The notes beneath the pieces are model-generated. The model was not told the DNA's origin, did no database searches, and saw only the letters and a list, made by a program, of their open reading frames with translations. From Octopus vulgaris (taxonomy: Eukaryota), in assembly GCA_951406725.2 (NCBI GenBank), contig OX597814.1, positions 164,424,001-164,488,000 on the forward strand: a stretch of DNA of 64,000 nt, read 5' to 3'. Shown piece by piece: positions 38,889-52,721 of this stretch. A program made the translations under genes and the position numbers. Each line of letters starts with the position of its first letter. The stretch's first letter is position 1.

Positions 38889-39388
38889 TACAGTAAGAGG
38901 CCTCTTATCCGGTTTCCAGAAGTCTGGAAATATTGTGCAATGCTCTGCAATAAACTGTATTGAGTAAACAGACCCTGTTTTTGAAGTTAATTTGCATACG
39001 GTGTGTTAAAAAATATTCTTTACTATTTTCAAGTGGATTGATTGAAATTAGACACACACTGCTTCGAATTGTATTAATTTAAACTAGTATTTGTTAAATC
39101 ATGTTCTTTATTTGTTTTTCTTTAATTTTCATCTTATAAACATTATGCTGCATACATGGTGTAGCATAACACATTTTAAGAATTTTAAGTGGATTAATAA
39201 ATCTCAAACGGACCCTGCTATAGAGATGTATTAATTTTGAAACTGTTAAATACAATTTAATTCTTTACTTTTCATAGCTTATCCTATATTTTAAATATGT
39301 ATTTTTGACTGTCTCTAGAAAACTAAAAAATCCAGAAATCCTAGACACTTCATGTTCCAGCTTGTCGGATAACTAGCCCAGCACTGTA
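38889..39388. mobile_element. Old Tc1/mariner-pogo-type MITE
   Basis: TA-CAGT...ggc..ttatccg at left and cggataa..gcc..ACTG-TA at right. Confidence 0.5.
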
Positions 39389-39758
39389 ATATTTAATATT
39401 GAAGGGAGCATTTAATAAAGCTAAGTAAGTAATAGCGACTAATAAATATTTCAATAAATTTGGGATAGCATCGGGTATGTTTCTTATCATTATCGTCGTT
39501 GCCGTCATCTTTATTTCTAAACACATCACGTTTTGTAAAGTGGATGACAACTACATTCAATTATTTTGGATTCAACCCATTACTGGTACTTATAGTAGTT
39601 TCAAATTTTGGCACAAGGCCAGCAATTTAGGGGGAGGGGTTAATTCGATTACATCCAGTGCTCAACTGGTACTTATTTTATCGACCCCTAGAGGATGGAA
39701 GGCAAAGTCGACCTTGGTGGAATTTGAACTCAGAATGTAGCGGCAGACGAAATACCGG

Positions 39759-40264
39759 ATGTCACTAAAAGTCCATTTCCTTGATTCACACCTGGACTTT
39801 TTTGCAGAGAACCTTGGAGCAGTGTCTGATGAACAAGGGGAACGCTTTCATTAAGATATTACATCAATGGAACAACGATATCAAGGATTTTAGAATGCAG
39901 GAATGTTAGCTGACTACTGTTGGATATTATACAGGGATGAACCTGGGATAAAACACCATAGAAAGTCCAAATCCCAAAGATTTTAAGTTGTTATGCATTT
40001 GAATGTATTCTAACTTATTTGTACACAATAATTTTAATTTTGTACAATAAAAAGCCATGAAATTATCGTATCTTGTATTCAATATACTTTATATAGATAT
40101 GCTTTAAGTATCCTATAAGTTAAAACAGCAGGTATCATTAACATGAGAATGTGACCAGATAAAGGAAATCGGACTTCAGATTCGAAATGAGCATCAAAAA
40201 TTAACCCAGAAAAGTCAATCAGCAACTCTGATGATTAAAAAATGTTTCATTTTGTTGACCAGTG
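39759..40264 (+). mobile_element. Chapaev/CMC-like DNA transposon 3' part with transposase pseudogene
   Basis: MSLKVHFLDSHLDFFAENLGAVSDEQGERFH*DITSMEQRYQGF*NAGMLADYCW with two in-frame stops. Terminus ...ttttgttgaccagtg|taa (CAC-type end, TWA flank). Family assignment is from recall. Confidence 0.75.
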
Positions 40265-43200
40265 TAATTATTCTCTATCATTACACAATACATAAACCAT
40301 TCTGCATAATCACACACATATTACTAATTCACTAAATCCTTCTAATCTTAGAAGGATTCATCAAGCTATGAGTAATTCCACCTTTATTCAGACAAAAACT
40401 ATTCTGGAAGCCAATCCAGCCCTAATATATTATCACAGGTTATTCAGCTTAAATTCAATTATTGAAGCTCGAAAAAGCTAACTTGACTCATTTGGGTAGG
40501 TTATCTGCATAACACAAGAGGTCGTGGGTTTCTTTCAAAAATCAGGCAATCCCCCATAGTTTAGCTACATCTCAATTAAACTTCTTACGTAAAACTTGGA
40601 AAATGATATGGTTTGTAAATGATTCATTTAAAATAAGCCCATACTCTCACTCATGAGTCAGTTCTAAGGCTGTCAGTTCTAAGATCGCATTCATCATGAA
40701 GGCCAATGTTTTAATGTCGATGATGGACTAACAAAAATGTTGTAAGTAGGAGTCATAGCGTTGGCTTAACAACATCAATAAATAAGATATATTCATTAAA
40801 AATATTTCATATAACTTCATCCTTAAACGATATCATGTAAGAAGCTGAATCAGTTAAATAACACACCTAACTGAATCAAGGTATTTCTTAAAAGGAGTTG
40901 TAATGAGAGCCTTTAAGGTGTTGCATTAGTGTAGGAGGACTAGCTCTTCATACCCTGCCACTCATCTTACACCGTATTTGCGGAAAACAAGTCTTTCGAA
41001 TCAATCTGCGTAGATTAATTTCTACACACCTATTCGTGTGCAATATTGCTTCTCCCTTCAGTAGTTCAGTAAACCCAGTGAAATCTATGTTCCACAGATA
41101 AGACCAGAATAATACCGAAGTATATCTGTAGTTGTCTCACGTACTTGCCGAAATGATCAAAATATTAGTAATTGTGCTAGTATCGTTTTTTTTTCTTTAC
41201 TATATATGTATATCTAATTCGATTTTTGATGCAGCATTAAGTATGTTAAAACTAATATACCTGTTAAAAATAGACAACCTTAGATGCAGAGCCGACAGTA
41301 TAACGAATGATAGCTAATAAAATGTTCGAATAATACCTAAAAAGGATGTGGAGTGGTAGTATACGATGCGGCATATGATAGCCTCGCTCTGTTCACTGGT
41401 CCTCCCATCGCAGGGGAAAAGTCATGCTTTGATTAAACAACACCAAGATCGACCCAGGTTAAAACCTGCGCGAGGAGAGCCTGTTAAACAAACTTAGGCG
41501 GATCTAGAAGGAAAATCCTCGATAATAATTGTATCTGATGTCAATCGACGGACGATGGCAGCGCCTGATACATGTGAACTTTGTCAGGCTGATTCCAACA
41601 GACTGAGTGATCGACATCCTCTACAGCAGAACACATCTCTCACTGTCGCAATAACTTTGTTCTGTTAGTCCGAGATGCTGAAAGCGAAGATGATACAGAT
41701 CTGATCATTGCAATCGATCCCCACTCAAGACATTTCACACGGTGGCTTTTAACTAAAAACACTTTTCATAAATACATACGACTCCAGTCTTAGTCAGGAA
41801 GGCAGCATCCACAAAACTGAAGTTACTTCTTGAACTTGAAATTGAATGTTAGGTAGGCATTAGAATACTAAATGCCTCTATATATATATAATTGTTAGAG
41901 AGATCGATTTTTGATCTTAAGCGTACATTGAAGGACATGGACATATTTTTGTTTGATGGAATTACATATTTAGAGAGGGAGGATTCAATCTCAGTTCAAT
42001 GTTACGAGTGAAATTTTCTAATGAAATTGTTCTCATGTTCTATGAAAGATGTCTGAATTCAGACTGGAAAATTTAAACGTAAGCTTTACTTTTGAGTTAC
42101 ATTTTAGCTCCCAAAACAGACAAACCTTAATTGAAGCGTGTACAAACTTTCCATGAGCTATTGTTGGATATAAACCTGATCATACTCATACGAGTAATTT
42201 AACATTGCATATAGGACACAGTATGTTACCCTATGAAAATCATAAGAATTTCCTTGAGAGGAAGTGTAAATGAATGAGAGAGAAAGAGAGAGAGAGAGTT
42301 CAGATTAATAGACAGACCTAATGGTTCTAATAAATGTTACATGATTTTAGCAAAATGTCATGTTTATTTTAATCATGACATTACGCGTTAAGTCAGAAAG
42401 AATTGTATATGACCCGAGTACCGTAGGGTGGCCATATCTGCTTTAACACAAACTTTAAACATTATACTAACAGTTACTGTAAAGTGAAACTGTAATTTTG
42501 TAATTTTTTTGGGGTGGAGTTTAACCTAGGAAGGAGGAATTGTTGCTGTCGTTCTCATGGCAGACAAAAAAAAATCATTGTGAACTGGTTATACTTTTTA
42601 GTTCTAGGGTCTTGATTACATAGTACACATAAAATAGCAGTCGAATCCAGTTTTCACTACAACTGGTTTTAAGAAAGTTTTGAAGGAAAACTATTCGACA
42701 ATCATCCACTGAGGGCTATAATTAACTGCAGTAGAGAAATTAAGTAAACCAATTAACAAAGCTTATTAGACTAAGAACTATAAATTAGTTGCCAGTGACG
42801 TGATAAAAGTGGCTCCAAACGGTTGATTGGAATATATTTTTAGTTAGCAGCTACAGGGCAAAAATTACTTCCTTCCTATAAGATTTCTTGTATACTGACC
42901 GTGAAAATTCTACTTAATTATTTTTCCTTTTGTAAATCTGGTTCAGAACTCAGTGGCCTATATATTAACCTCTTAGATTGCTAGCAAACATTTTGTGAAG
43001 ACGATTTTTTTTTTGTACTGTTCCAAAGACAAATACTTCGTAATAATATTTTTATTACCAATCTTTAGTTACTATAAGGCGACGAGTTGACAGGATCGTT
43101 ACCGCGCCGAGAAAAAGAAAAAAGTTGCTAGCTGCATTTCTTCCGACAGTTCAAAGGCCGACCGGGTCGACATTGCCTTTCATCCTTTCGGTATCGTTAA

Positions 43201-43699
43201 AACAAGTACTAGTTGAGCACTGGTGTCGACGAAATCGATTTGCACCTTCCTCACAATTGCTGGCCTTGTACCAAAATTTGAAACCAATCTTTAATTGCTA
43301 TTATTCTATTACTTTGTCTTGGTGTGTGGTGCGGGTTAACTTGACCTCTCTTATCACTGTCCTCGCTTGCCAGGCATATATTTGTAGAAGAAAGGGGAAA
43401 TGATAATAGCCACAACTATTAAGAATTGAAACAGAGCCAAACGACCGCCTCATTGACAACTCACAAGAGTAGCTAAAACGACCTTTTCTACGAAAAACAA
43501 CCGCCTATCGTGGTACACACAAGCTATACTTTTAAATTGTAGGTGAGTTCCTTGGAAACTGAACTTGAGAAGTAGGTTCAGTTCTCGGTTGAGTCATTTC
43601 ATATAACCCCTTCACTCCTAACGGAACAGATGTAACCCAAGAAAAGTTTTTAATACTAATGTGAATCTTCTTAATTTAAAATGGCTTGGGATGGGACAA

Positions 43700-44170
43700 A
43701 TCAGGGTCACAGCGTAAGGAGTAGGAGGGAAAAAAGAAAAAGTTCACTTGTCCAGAAGCGATTATCTTTTATAACAAATATATGGCTGGACCAGATCGCT
43801 CTGATCAAATGGCAACACTATGAACTGGATCGAAAAAGTAGAAAATGGTGGACTAAAGTGTTCTTCAGGCTTCTGATGACAGCTATTTATAACAGCTATG
43901 TTATTCACTCTGAAGTTCACCATACGAAACAACCATTTATAAATTTCTTAGTAAATGTAGCTGAACGTTTGATCGAAGCAGAATGGTCGATTTTTCCTTA
44001 AAAGAGAATGAGATCTTTTGGACGGCCTTCTAAGACTTCAGAGTTAATTTTCGAGTGTAGGTGATCATATGCCAGCAAAACAAAAGAGTCGCAGAAGATG
44101 TACTAGATGTACTTCAAGGAAAAAAGAATGGAGGACCCAAGGGCAGGAATCCGAAATGTTAAATGCTTTA
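43700..44170 (+). pseudogene. piggyBac transposase C-terminal remnant
   Basis: CPEAIIFYNKYMAGPDRSDQM(frameshift)YELDRKSRKWWTKVFFRLLMTAIYNSYVI...FLVNVAERLI...HMP...RRCTRC matches the YNxxMGGVDxxDQ/KWW motifs and Cys-rich tail. Confidence 0.85.
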
Positions 44171-45411
44171 CTCGTGGTTTTATTGAATGTACTTAGTCTT
44201 TCTTACATTTACCGTAAATCTACTTTTTAGAATCTGTAATCTACATAACTCCAACTTAACCTCAGCTTCAGTTTTCTCATAAAATCCTCATCGCATTAAA
44301 GTAAAATTAAAACAGATGCTATGTTGTTGTTGATTAACTTTTACTTATGATTGGACAACTTTTTGTGATCCCACTGGAAGTGGTGCCATGGTAGAATTTG
44401 AAATTTGAAGTGTATTTTTTGCCTGGTATCTAGGGAGAGGTGTCAGGACTCAATGACATAGATGAAGCACTTTGTCATAGACGATACACTAGTATTGTTA
44501 ATCTATATTCGACTACATACTCGAGTGTTGGTGTTTGTATATGTATATCTGTCTGATGGCATGTGTGTTTGCACTTGCTAGCTTACTTGTATTTGTGTAT
44601 ATTTGTATTTAGGCATGAGTTTTGTATGTTATGTGTGAGTGTGTCTAATCGATGTTGTATGCCTGTATGTTGTTTTTAGGCTCAGGTCAGTTTTGATTGA
44701 GCAGGCTAGTGATCAAATTCGTTCCATTCGCGACAGTCACATCTTTTAATCACAGTATATTACTATGTCACATCATCCAACATATTCTTTCACTTTTAAG
44801 ACGACAGAGTATGCTTTGAAGCAGATTCGCTACTATTTCTGTCTATATGTGTAATCGTTAATAACTAAAGAAAACATTTGGCGCCATAACTCACAGCTAT
44901 TTATAATGTGCCAAAATATTATAATGATATAAATGTGAGAAGCTTCAATGCCATATGTTGATATGGTAGATTGTTATGTTTGTATTTAGTGTGGAAAATG
45001 TGAAAAGGGAAAATTATAAAACTTGTTTAGTATAAAAAGAAAGGGGGTCAGAGGGCTGTTTAGGTTTAAATACATCTCGTTAAGAATAAATATACTAAAG
45101 CCAATATTAAACTGTATTCACCAAAAAGATCATTAAGCATAATTATGATAGATACATTTAAATAACCAACATGCAACCTATCGCGTTTATTTGTGTTGCA
45201 GTGATATTCAAAATATTGAATGGGAAACTAAAAGAACAGAGCTTATCTAATTAGTATTGGTTTGATCGGAATGCAGGGACAGTGTTCAAGGCCCTCGCAG
45301 AGCGACGCGGTTAATGTTTGTCTTGAATAATTATATTTCGTCACTATCAGGACCAAATTTTATGAATAAACTAAACAAGCTACAGAAAAATTGTTCCAAA
45401 CGGGCTTTCAA

Positions 45412-45842
45412 AGGATCTTTTCGGTTTGAACGGCAGTTTTTTCTAGCGGTGTCATATGAAATTGTCACCCATAATTATGCCCTAGTATCGATCTGTTTTA
45501 GTATTCAATCTGTTTTAGGGTTAGGGTTAGTTAGGGTTAGGGGTGGGGGAAGGGTATATTTTTTTCTTCAGAAATGTAAATAAACCCAATCTGTTTCTTA
45601 AACGAGGGACATATTCATACGGCACAGAATGATTTTTAATTCAATAGACGTCAATGATTGGTTGAAATTGCAGAAATTGAAGAAAAAAAAAACAACAAAT
45701 ATCTTACAAACAATAGAATTTTTTCAAAAAAGCCAAGAGAAAAAGATGATTTATAAACACATTCTACCAGTAAACGAAGTTTAAAATTTTTTAGTTACCT
45801 ACAAATTATGTTAAAAACTGCCGTTCAGACCAAAAAGATCCC
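45412..45842 (+). mobile_element. MITE with ~28-bp TIRs, 6-7-bp TSD and internal TTAGGG repeats
   Basis: GGATCTTTTCGGTTTGAACGGCAGTTTTT ... AAAAACTGCCGTTCAGACCAAAAAGATCCC; flanks tttcaa / tttcaa. Confidence 0.9.
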
Positions 45843-48314
45843 TTTCAAGTTGCTCATTTTTCTTGCAAATAAAAGTATACGTGATCTTACTAAAGAATTA
45901 AATTACATTGAGTCAGGTAGTTCGATGGGAAGGAATTTCAAGTATCTATTTTCTTATTGAAAAATGTCTTGTAACTGACTAATTAAAGATGTATTTCCCC
46001 CAACCTCATTCACACGAAACTGTTTATATATGTTAATGGCCCTTTTGTCAAGTTTAGTTATTGTACAACCATATTCTGTATTAATTACTAAAGGGCCTCT
46101 AGAGGACCCCATAACTTACAGGCTCCTCTTGTCTACACTCAGTAATGGTGCTGATCATAAGCGCTGATTTAAACTTAAGTGCATATATATTTTAAGATAA
46201 AATTCTTGGTGTATAATAATTAAGATTGGTTTTAGAATATATATAAGACACATACCGATTGTATCACTCAGAGAAATCGTATTCAGTATCTCATGATTGC
46301 GAAGCCCATATACAAAAATTACAACAACAGCAACAACCGTGACAGTAATGTTGTCCGTCACGAAAGCAATTACACCATCAACATTAATTATAATAATGTT
46401 AATTTCAAATTTTTGGCATAAGGCCAGCAATTTCAGGGGAGGGGCTAAGTAGATTATATCAACCCCTGTGTTCAACTGGTACTTGTTTTATTCTTTTCTA
46501 CTCTAGGCACAAAGCCCGATATTTTGCGGGAGGGGGGGTGCAGTACGCAACTGGTACTTTCGAGCCCGAAAGGATGAAAGGCAAAATCGACCTCTGAGGA
46601 ATTTGAACTCAGAAAGTAAAGACGGACGCATAGAAAGGATGAAAGACCTAAAAACTATAAGTTATTTTAATCTGACGTACTAACGACTCTGCTAAGTCAC
46701 CGCTCAACAGTGGCGGCTCGTGTGTAGGCACTGCGGAACTGCAGCACCCCCTATTTCCATTCGATATTATCGATAACATACAATATAATGAGTCCTTTTT
46801 TCTTTAATTCTTTCTTTATACTTGTACATTATATAATCCTCAAGCTTAATGTTAGTAGCCATCCCCTAACTTATGAAAAAAATACAAAAACCCTCATGTA
46901 GAACTGTGCGCTTCACAGTTCCAGCAACGCGGTGTTTGGATATTGTGCGCATGCTCACATGTCCGAGATAGGAAGCTTCACGCTAGGGAGAGAGAACACT
47001 GTCGTTCATACAGTGCTGACCCCGGTGTGCTGATGAAAAGTAATGTTTCTTTTTGACACCGCGTGTGTTGTGCTTAAAAACGTGTTTATGTTCTTGACTG
47101 TGATAAAGTGTAGAAATAGATTATTATCCTGTTTCTAGCCTCAGTGTTGCTGCCAGGATTTGAAAAAAAATAGGGCACATTTACCCCGCTTATTTTGTGA
47201 TTTAGGGGGAATTTTTGAAAAACAAGGGGCAAGAGGCAATTCGCAGCGGTGTACAGTGAACAAATTAAACACACTACCCAGCAGTGGCTAAAAACGCGAA
47301 CCAATCAAGTTTATGTATAAATTTTCTTTTTATATGTTTGTTTCCTTTTACACAATATTAAAACAAAGGCTAAACATTTTCTGAAGCAGTACCCTCCACT
47401 AATTTTATCTAAGAGCCGCCACTGCCGCTCAATCTTAACTATCGTTTCTAGCATGCGAGGGGACAAGGCTTCAGAGAAGGGGAACAGTAGATTATATCGA
47501 CTCCTTGATTGGTACTTCCTTTCATCGACTACGGAAGTTGAAAAGACAGAGTCAGCCAAAATCGAGATTTGAATGCAAAATGAAAACAGCAGGATCACAT
47601 GTTTTGATCCTGCGTTCTGAGTTCAACACTACTTGTGTGGTGGGCTTAATCTGTCGTCCAGCCTTTTTGTTGCAAGTATCTGGACTTTTTTTTTGTTTTG
47701 AGGATATATCCATCTATTCCTCCTACAAATCTCTACATCTTTGAAAAAGCTAACCTAGGAAGGAGGAACAGATGCTGTCATTCTCATGAAAGGTAATAAA
47801 ATTCATTGTTAACTGGTTATACTTTTTAGATATAGTGTCTTGATAACAAGGAACATATGAAATAACAGTCGAATCCAGTTTTCACTATAGCTGACTAAAA
47901 GATGAATTAAGAAAAGGGTACACCTAACAACACGAATGGTTAAGGCTGGTATGCTTTGATTATGTGTTTGCTCAATTAGGTCTGACCTGGTGCCAAACAA
48001 CATTAACAACAAAAATAACTACAGCGCTCAAACCATTTGCACACTTCTAATGATACTGCCAACGGTAAAAGTTACTAATGTAATAAAGACAGCTACAAGA
48101 ATTACAACAGCAAAAACAAAAAGAAAAGTAAAGAGGATTTCTAATAATAGCAGAACCATATATTGTTGGTGCAAGTGAAAAGGTAAACATATGCCAGTGT
48201 AATGGTCTGAAAATAGGTTATGCCAGCTGCTGTAGCTACCCCAAGGAGATTCACAGCGTGCGTTTAAAATGTGAAGTTAAATAAATATTATAGGGTTGAA
48301 TTCTGATAATAATA

Positions 48315-48712
48315 ACGGTTTTAAATTTTGCCACAAGGGCAGTCTATTGTATGCGGGAACGAGTCAATTACGTCGACCCCAGTGCGTAACTGGTACTTAA
48401 TTTTACCGATCCCGAACGAATGAAAGGCAAAGTCGACCTCGGCGGAATTTGAACTCAGAACGTAACGGCAGACGAAATACCTATTTCTTTACTATCCACA
48501 AGGGGCTAAATACAGAGGGGACAAACAAGGACAGACAAACAGATTAAGTCAATTATATCAACCCCAGTGCGTAACTGGTACTTATTTAATCGACCCCGAA
48601 AGGATGAAAGGCAAAGTCGACCTCAGCGGAATTTGAACTCAGAACGTAGCAGCAGACGAAATACCGCTAAGCATATCGCCCGGCGTGCTACCGATTCTGC
48701 CAGCTCGCCGCC
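48315..48712 (-). mobile_element. Family A SINE dimer
   Basis: Reverse-complement copies ending gccagctcgccgcct, followed by (AAT/GAT)n at 48715-48883. Confidence 0.85.
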
Positions 48713-48714
48713 TA

Positions 48715-48765
<51 letters not shown>

Positions 48766-48784
48766 AATAATAATAATGATAATG

Positions 48785-48886
<102 letters not shown>

Positions 48887-49349
48887 GGCACTGAAAAAGC
48901 TTACACCTCACAGAAGTGACTGAACATGTTGATAATGTCACATTCTTGTCATGTAATCAGCAAGTGCCCAAAATGTCATTTCTGTATTATTTCCAATGCA
49001 GCATAGCACTGTTATATATATCTATATATAATGCCATATACAGGGGTGGGGAAACTGCCTGTAGTAATGCAAACCGTGCGGATGAAAACTGCCCTAGAAT
49101 ATATATATATTAAATCTTTTGGCGGATACATACGTTTCAACATCAAAACTTTCTTCGAATGCAAACAATAGCGGTAAGGATGTTTGGGTTGGCAAAGGAA
49201 AATTATGTACGGGTCAGCAGTACATTTTCTTTTCAAAATCAGCGAGAAAGAAAATATTCACGGATAACTGTTTTAAAAACTATGGTTCCTCTACTAATAT
49301 TATAAATTCATATTTATAACTATAATTATTGGTGCAATAATTATTAGTT

Positions 49350-49448
49350 AGTAGGAGTAGCTGTGTGCTAAGTGTCTTCTACTATAGCTTTGGGCCGACC
49401 AAAACCTTGTGAGTAGATTTGGTAGACGGAAACTGAAAGAAGCCCGTC

Positions 49449-49511
<63 letters not shown>

Positions 49512-49720
49512 TGTGTGTCCGCCCCCCCCCAACATCGCTTGACAACCGATGCTGGTGTGTTTACGTCCCCGTAACTTAGCGGTTCGGCAAAAGAGACCGA
49601 TAGAATAATCTTACTAGGCTTACAAAGAATAAGCCCTAGGGTCGATTTGCTCGACTAAAGGCGGTGCTACAGTACGGCCGCAATCAAAATGACTGAAAAA
49701 AGTAAAAGAATAAAAGAATC
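49350..49720 (+). mobile_element. SINE family B with internal (TA)n
   Basis: Same body and tail as 25700-26097. Confidence 0.85.
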
Positions 49721-50109
49721 TAAGTGATAGTCTAGAAAATATGAGATTTCCAAGCAAAGAAAGTAACAAGTTTACACGCGCTTTGCAAATACAACCTGTG
49801 AGCAGAACGGTAGTAATATGCAATACTTTCCTAAAATTTAGCACATAACTTTTCATCGCCTGTTGTTATTTAACGATGGGGTTATATATTTTGTTAGAAG
49901 CTAGCTCCTTCTTTGCAGGAAGAATTTAAATAACTAAAAAATGAAAACACACGCATATTTATATGGGAAGTTGGGAAACCACTGTGGCTATAGAGAATTA
50001 TGGAGAAAAATATGGTAAATCTATCCATGCATTATGAAGAAGCATTGCAATAAAGAGGTAAAATGAAACGTCACACAAGGAAAGGAAACCCTATAGATAG
50101 CAATAATCT

Positions 50110-50690
50110 CATACAATACACGAGAATATGGTGTAAGTTTTTCTGAAGACTTGGATACAGACGGTACAAATTATGGCCCATCTACAAAAACAATTGCATC
50201 ATTACTTTTATATATCCTCGGAATGGTAATTGTTGAGCGAGCTCTTTTAAACATCGAAGAACGGTGTTTATAAAAAAGTATTCAACGGTCAAAAAGTATG
50301 TTTAACTGCGAAACCTTTGAAATAAAGTTTGTCAGATAAACAAAACTGACGATCTTATGTTGGCTTTTGAAAACTCAATGATTTCTCAGTTTATGGGAAA
50401 AACTGAAGTTTCTAAATTTCAGATTTCAATCTTGGGTAGAAACCGTGTCAAAGTTTCTGGCTGGAGTGCTGTCAGTTCAAAGGTTTTACAATGTTAGCGT
50501 ACTTTTTGACGGTTGAATCGTTATTTATGGACACTTTCACTCGATATTTAACAGAGAGCTCGCTAAATGACTGTCATTCATAGGATATGTTAGCATACTG
50601 AGGCAATTATTTTTTTTTTGTAGAATTACGAATTATACCGTGTGTTTCCAACTCTTTAGAATGCATACTCCGTATTCATGAGTGTCGTAT
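50110..50690. mobile_element. Old long-TIR element (diverged ~210-bp inverted arms)
   Basis: attcaacggtcaaaaagta / tactttttgacggttgaat, agcgagctct / agagctcgct and tctacaaaaa / tttttgtaga occur in mirror order. Confidence 0.7.
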
Positions 50691-51534
50691 AAGACGAATA
50701 AAAAGGATTGGCGTCAGACAGAGCATTCGGTTGCAAAATACTATCTTAAGAATTTCCGCCCAATCCATGCTAGCGTAGAAAAGCGAACATAAAATTGATG
50801 ATGATAAGAATTAAAGTCGGTGGCATAGCGAGGATTTTGGCCGTTCCTTACTGTAGCTAAATTGACCGCTCACTTCCTAAAGCATAACATACCTCCAACC
50901 ACAGCAAATACACATATATACAGTGGCCATACTGTGCGGTCTGCACACGTCTTAGATTCCACATTACACCACTGGTTAGTAAGTTTTTTTTTTTGCTGTT
51001 AATGTTTGATAAAGAGTTGTAGCAGAAATAATTTACTTCAATATAATCACGTTTAAAGAGATTACTGAAGGCGTTGGTTTGGGAAAATGTAGGTCTGTTA
51101 GCTTCAAGAAATTTTTGGCTTTGTTGGTGCATACGTGTAAAATAAAGATAAGGTTGTAACAAATATACACAAAACAATACATGCAACGTATATAAGTAAC
51201 TTAATTTTATCTTTTTTAACAAGTTTTTTTTCTATATTTTCGCGTAAGATCTTCAAAGAAAATATGAAAAACCTGACGTAAAACTAGAAAAAACAAACCC
51301 CGCCGTTACACACACGTGCACGCACGCATGCACACACACATACACAAAGACGATACAATATGCATACAATATATATCATACCCTGACTTTGCAAACAAGT
51401 TCATTAGTGTATGCATGTTAGTATTAATAGCAGCATATGTATACATAGTCATAAATGGCCAATACTCATGAGAGAGAGAATGCCAGACTGATAAGTCTTT
51501 GACTGACAGAGCGGCATATATATATATATATATA

Positions 51535-51895
51535 ATGTAAAGGAATAGGGATTTTCTAATCCGGACGGATACCTTAGAAGCACTCTGGATAAAACCCAAA
51601 TGTTGCTAACTTTTTGAATTTTTGAAATTCTTGTAAACTTCATACATTTATAACTTTGCTCCTTTCTCTTCTTTTCTTTTCTGCTTTTACCCATCTATTT
51701 CTCATTCCAGCATATCTAACCGTTAATCCAGACACATTTTTGTCTCTTGCCATTTTCTTTCCTAATTTCTTTCTGTTGCAGAGCATAGGCTCGAAACGTC
51801 AAAGACTTTTCCATCTTTCCCAAGCGCAAAACTTATACACCTTGGTGGTTGTTCCTTCACCAGTCTCTGTCCTTTCTTTTTTAGACATTTGAACT
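51535..51895 (+). mobile_element. Probable Penelope-like 3' terminal fragment between (TA)n tracts
   Basis: Bounded by TA microsatellites, T-rich, and contains the hammerhead-like motif at 51768-51805. Confidence 0.45.
51768..51805 (+). ncRNA. Minimal hammerhead-like motif with deviant 5' core
   Basis: tcttt-CTGTTGCA-GAGC atag GCTC-GAAAC-GTC-aaaga. Stem I 5 bp, stem II 4 bp, palindromic ACGT stem III, GUC triplet. The 5' core differs from CUGANGA. Confidence 0.5.
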
Positions 51896-51916
51896 ATATA
51901 TATGTATGTATGTATG

Positions 51917-51979
<63 letters not shown>

Positions 51980-51993
51980 TTATCTTTTACTTA

Positions 51994-52053
<60 letters not shown>

Positions 52054-52721
52054 ACACACAAAGACAGTGAAGGAGGGAGGGATAGGAAAATATGGCAGGG
52101 TTTTACATATAATATGGTTGCTGACGTTTCGTTTAACTTAGATAATGTAATTTGAATACAAAACTAAAAGAAAAAAATCTCCCGCTTTAATTTTTAAAAT
52201 CTTTAAAAAAAAAGCCGGAGTAGGAGATATATAGATTGATTGATAGAGAGAGAGAGAGAGAGAGAGAGGTGGAGAGAGAGAGAGAGAGGGAGAGAGGGAG
52301 AGAGAGATGGAGAGAGAGAGAGTGGAGAGAGCACACAAATCTGACATCAACTTCCGTCAAGAAAATATAAACACATCAGTAATTATTGATTGTTATGATT
52401 AAAAAAGTGAAAGAAATCCACTTCATTATCATTAATCTGCTGTGTCATCATCAGCCTCTTCCGACTCTTTCTCCTTATTTGTTCATTATCATTTTCCTTC
52501 CACGCCTAGTGCTATGTAAACATTCACACATTGTTATCTGTTTTTGTATCGTCCTCCTTATTCCTGGTAGCAAAGGAAAAAGGTATCATTATAGTTCATC
52601 GGACAAAATACCCAGCGTCATTTCTTCTGGCTCTTTACGTCCTGACTTCAAATTCCGTCGAAGTCAACCGAGTCTTTCATTCCTCCAGAGGTGTATAAAA
52701 ATAAAATAAAGTACCAGTCAA

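Noticed and set aside
45535-45552. Interstitial telomere
   Set aside because: Only a few TTAGGG units, and they are an internal part of a MITE present twice.
49125-49165. Hammerhead-like TCGAAGA...GAAACGTA on the minus strand
   Set aside because: Stem II is not convincing and the core is altered.
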